This document shows positions 62,183 through 64,000 of a DNA stretch of 64,000 bases, piece after piece. Position numbers and translations under genes: made by a program. Under the pieces are notes generated by a model that worked only from the letters and a program-made list of their open reading frames with translations, made no database searches and was not told where the DNA came from. The DNA comes from Marsupella aquatica (taxonomy: Eukaryota > Plantae > Marchantiophyta): NCBI GenBank assembly GCA_973895155.1, contig OZ316898.1, positions 5,567,079-5,631,078 of the forward strand. The letters are read 5' to 3'. Positions within the stretch are counted from its first letter, which is position 1. The number at the start of each line of letters is the position of its first letter.

Positions 62183-64000
62183 TGGGTCGATTCCGAGCGG
62201 CAGCTTGGCGACAAAACGATTCCTCGAATTCACACCTAGGAGAAGAAGCCCCTAGCGGACACTTTCTGGGCTAGATTTTTTGTACAATATTTACATCCTC
62301 GTCCGCTGAATTCCTTCTGGGTGGGCGTATCAGGCGAAGCTTGATCGAATACAGTATTAGGACTATGGGTTTAATTCTAAAATAATTGGTTACAGATTTT
62401 AGAGTAGTTGAGGAGTGTTACTCTTCGCATGAGCAGGTATTCTCCTCTCACACCACAGTTTTCTTCAAAACTCTAGTATCCAGCTTCTAGAATGCACGCA
62501 GCGCAATGCAGTCTTAGAGTAGCAGAGAAACGATGTTATTTACTCAATCTTAGAGTGGAGAAGCTGGCGAGTAGAAGTCAAAAGAACTTCTCGATCATGT
62601 ACACAGTTGTAATCAAATTCAAGTGATTGTTTGCTCCCATCGAAGACAACGTTGTCCCACTCAAAGATGAGTTGAAGGTGCTTTAGTCTCGAATTTTTAG
62701 TTCGGTGTTCTACAACAAGTTTACTGTTTTCTAGATTGGTTTATGCAAGAACGGAGTTTTGTTGGCCTCGTGCTGCCTTGGGTATTTCCGGTCGGGTTGT
62801 CCCGAAACCTCTGACCGCCCAAAAGTTTCGGCTGTGTATATGATTCGGTGGACACAGCAAACTCGTTTCATCGTTTTTAGGCTTCCTATACGATGGGGAA
62901 CAGACAGAATAAGGAGCACAGGGAAGTGTGGAACGAAGTTCGGGAGCAGAACGATCGGAACTAGATTGACGGGTATCGTTGATAAGGCCGGGGCCATCGT
63001 AAAACTCCAGCATCAAAGCAGCGGATATTGAAAATTCGCTTAGGGAATCTTGCTTAGTTACGTGGAAAGAGGCTGTAGGATGTCGAAGTTCGAAGCTTGG
63101 AGAAGTTTGAGCTAACCCTCGAGGGAAGACACTTGGGAGGTTGGACAGGTGACTGAGTCTAGACCAATTTGAAGGTTGAACACTTCTGGATTAGAGAATC
63201 CAGGGATTGGAGAGTTTACTAAATAAAATTGATGAACGTGGATCGAAGATGTAGATGATTCTCCAGCGGTTTCTTTAACTGAAAAGTGCATTTGTGTAAA
63301 CTAACTGACCCGAGGACGGCATGGTAGGACGTGAAGGCTTGTGTAAAACTTTCGAACTAGTTGCGGTAAATAGACGAGCTGGGAAGGTGAGAAGAATGCT
63401 CTGGGTAGGATCAGGGCATCATGGTCGCTTCCTGACACTAGTGTAAGCTTTCCAGCGGAAGCTATGTCAAGTGTTATATCACGACGGCAGTGGCGCTGTT
63501 CCCTAGGAGGAGCAATTAGCAACCCTGCATGCGCCAGCGTGATAGTAATTATGAAAATGGGCCTGCGAGGGATAATTACTTGACAATGCGAAGGAGGTCG
63601 GATGGAGACCGGGCAGTACAGAGGACCGAGTTCCGTAGCGATCTGCTGGAAAGTGCCAAGAGATGCATCTAGATTCGATTCTGAGTTGTTTTTTGGTCAT
63701 GCAAGTAGCGTATTTCGCGACAGAGGGCGACTAGACATCCGTCATCGGACAGAAAAAGGGTCCTTGGATCAAAGCAGCAGTCGCGTCCCATTTGCATGAT
63801 CTTCTGCTGGAGCTGATTGAGCGGCCAATTGGGAAAGGCTGGTCTCGCAATAATTCAGACCGTGTCTGTGGTGGAGGACGAGGAGGGAGGGGCGATAGCC
63901 AGGGCAATCAGGCGTGAAGGTCGCTCCCATTACTCGGCGCAAGGGCAGGCCAGGCTAGACCACATCCTGCTTTCACCTTTCTGCCTACTGGACCCTCGCA

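Noticed and set aside
63301-64000. LINE endonuclease fragment ('SGSDHDAL')
   Set aside because: Only the three-residue SDH motif is present; other APE motifs (GDFN, RLDR) are not seen.

Overview
Nuclear DNA of a land plant, most likely a seed-free lineage. That assignment is an inference from the intronless PAL with a '...WNGAPGPF' ending and the general sequence style; the species cannot be fixed from the sequence. Six intact protein-coding genes are supported: a PADRE/DUF4228 protein (+), plastid ribosomal protein L12 (+), an intronless HVA22/REEP-like protein with a long Pro-rich tail (+), a 3-exon JOX/JAO-related 2-oxoglutarate/Fe(II) dioxygenase (-), a 14-exon SYT4/5-like synaptotagmin reconstructed exon by exon (-), and phenylalanine ammonia-lyase (+). 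The intergenic DNA holds MITEs of three apparent superfamilies (hAT with a perfect 8-bp TSD, Tc1/mariner-pogo with TA TSD, Mutator-like), minisatellites, many short tandem duplications and several decayed ORF relics. The best leads are: (1) the HVA22 protein has the layout of an ER-phagy receptor, with a membrane-shaping domain, a PPPGY-repeat disordered tail and an acidic 'EEDDEFELV' ATG8-interacting motif; (2) a decayed minus-strand gene at about 5.4-7.1 kb has 47-74-nt fungal-style micro-introns unlike any host intron here, making it a horizontal-transfer candidate; (3) the synaptotagmin is divergent, with an N-terminal extension and loss of Ca2+ ligands in C2A. All three are hypotheses; no database search was possible.
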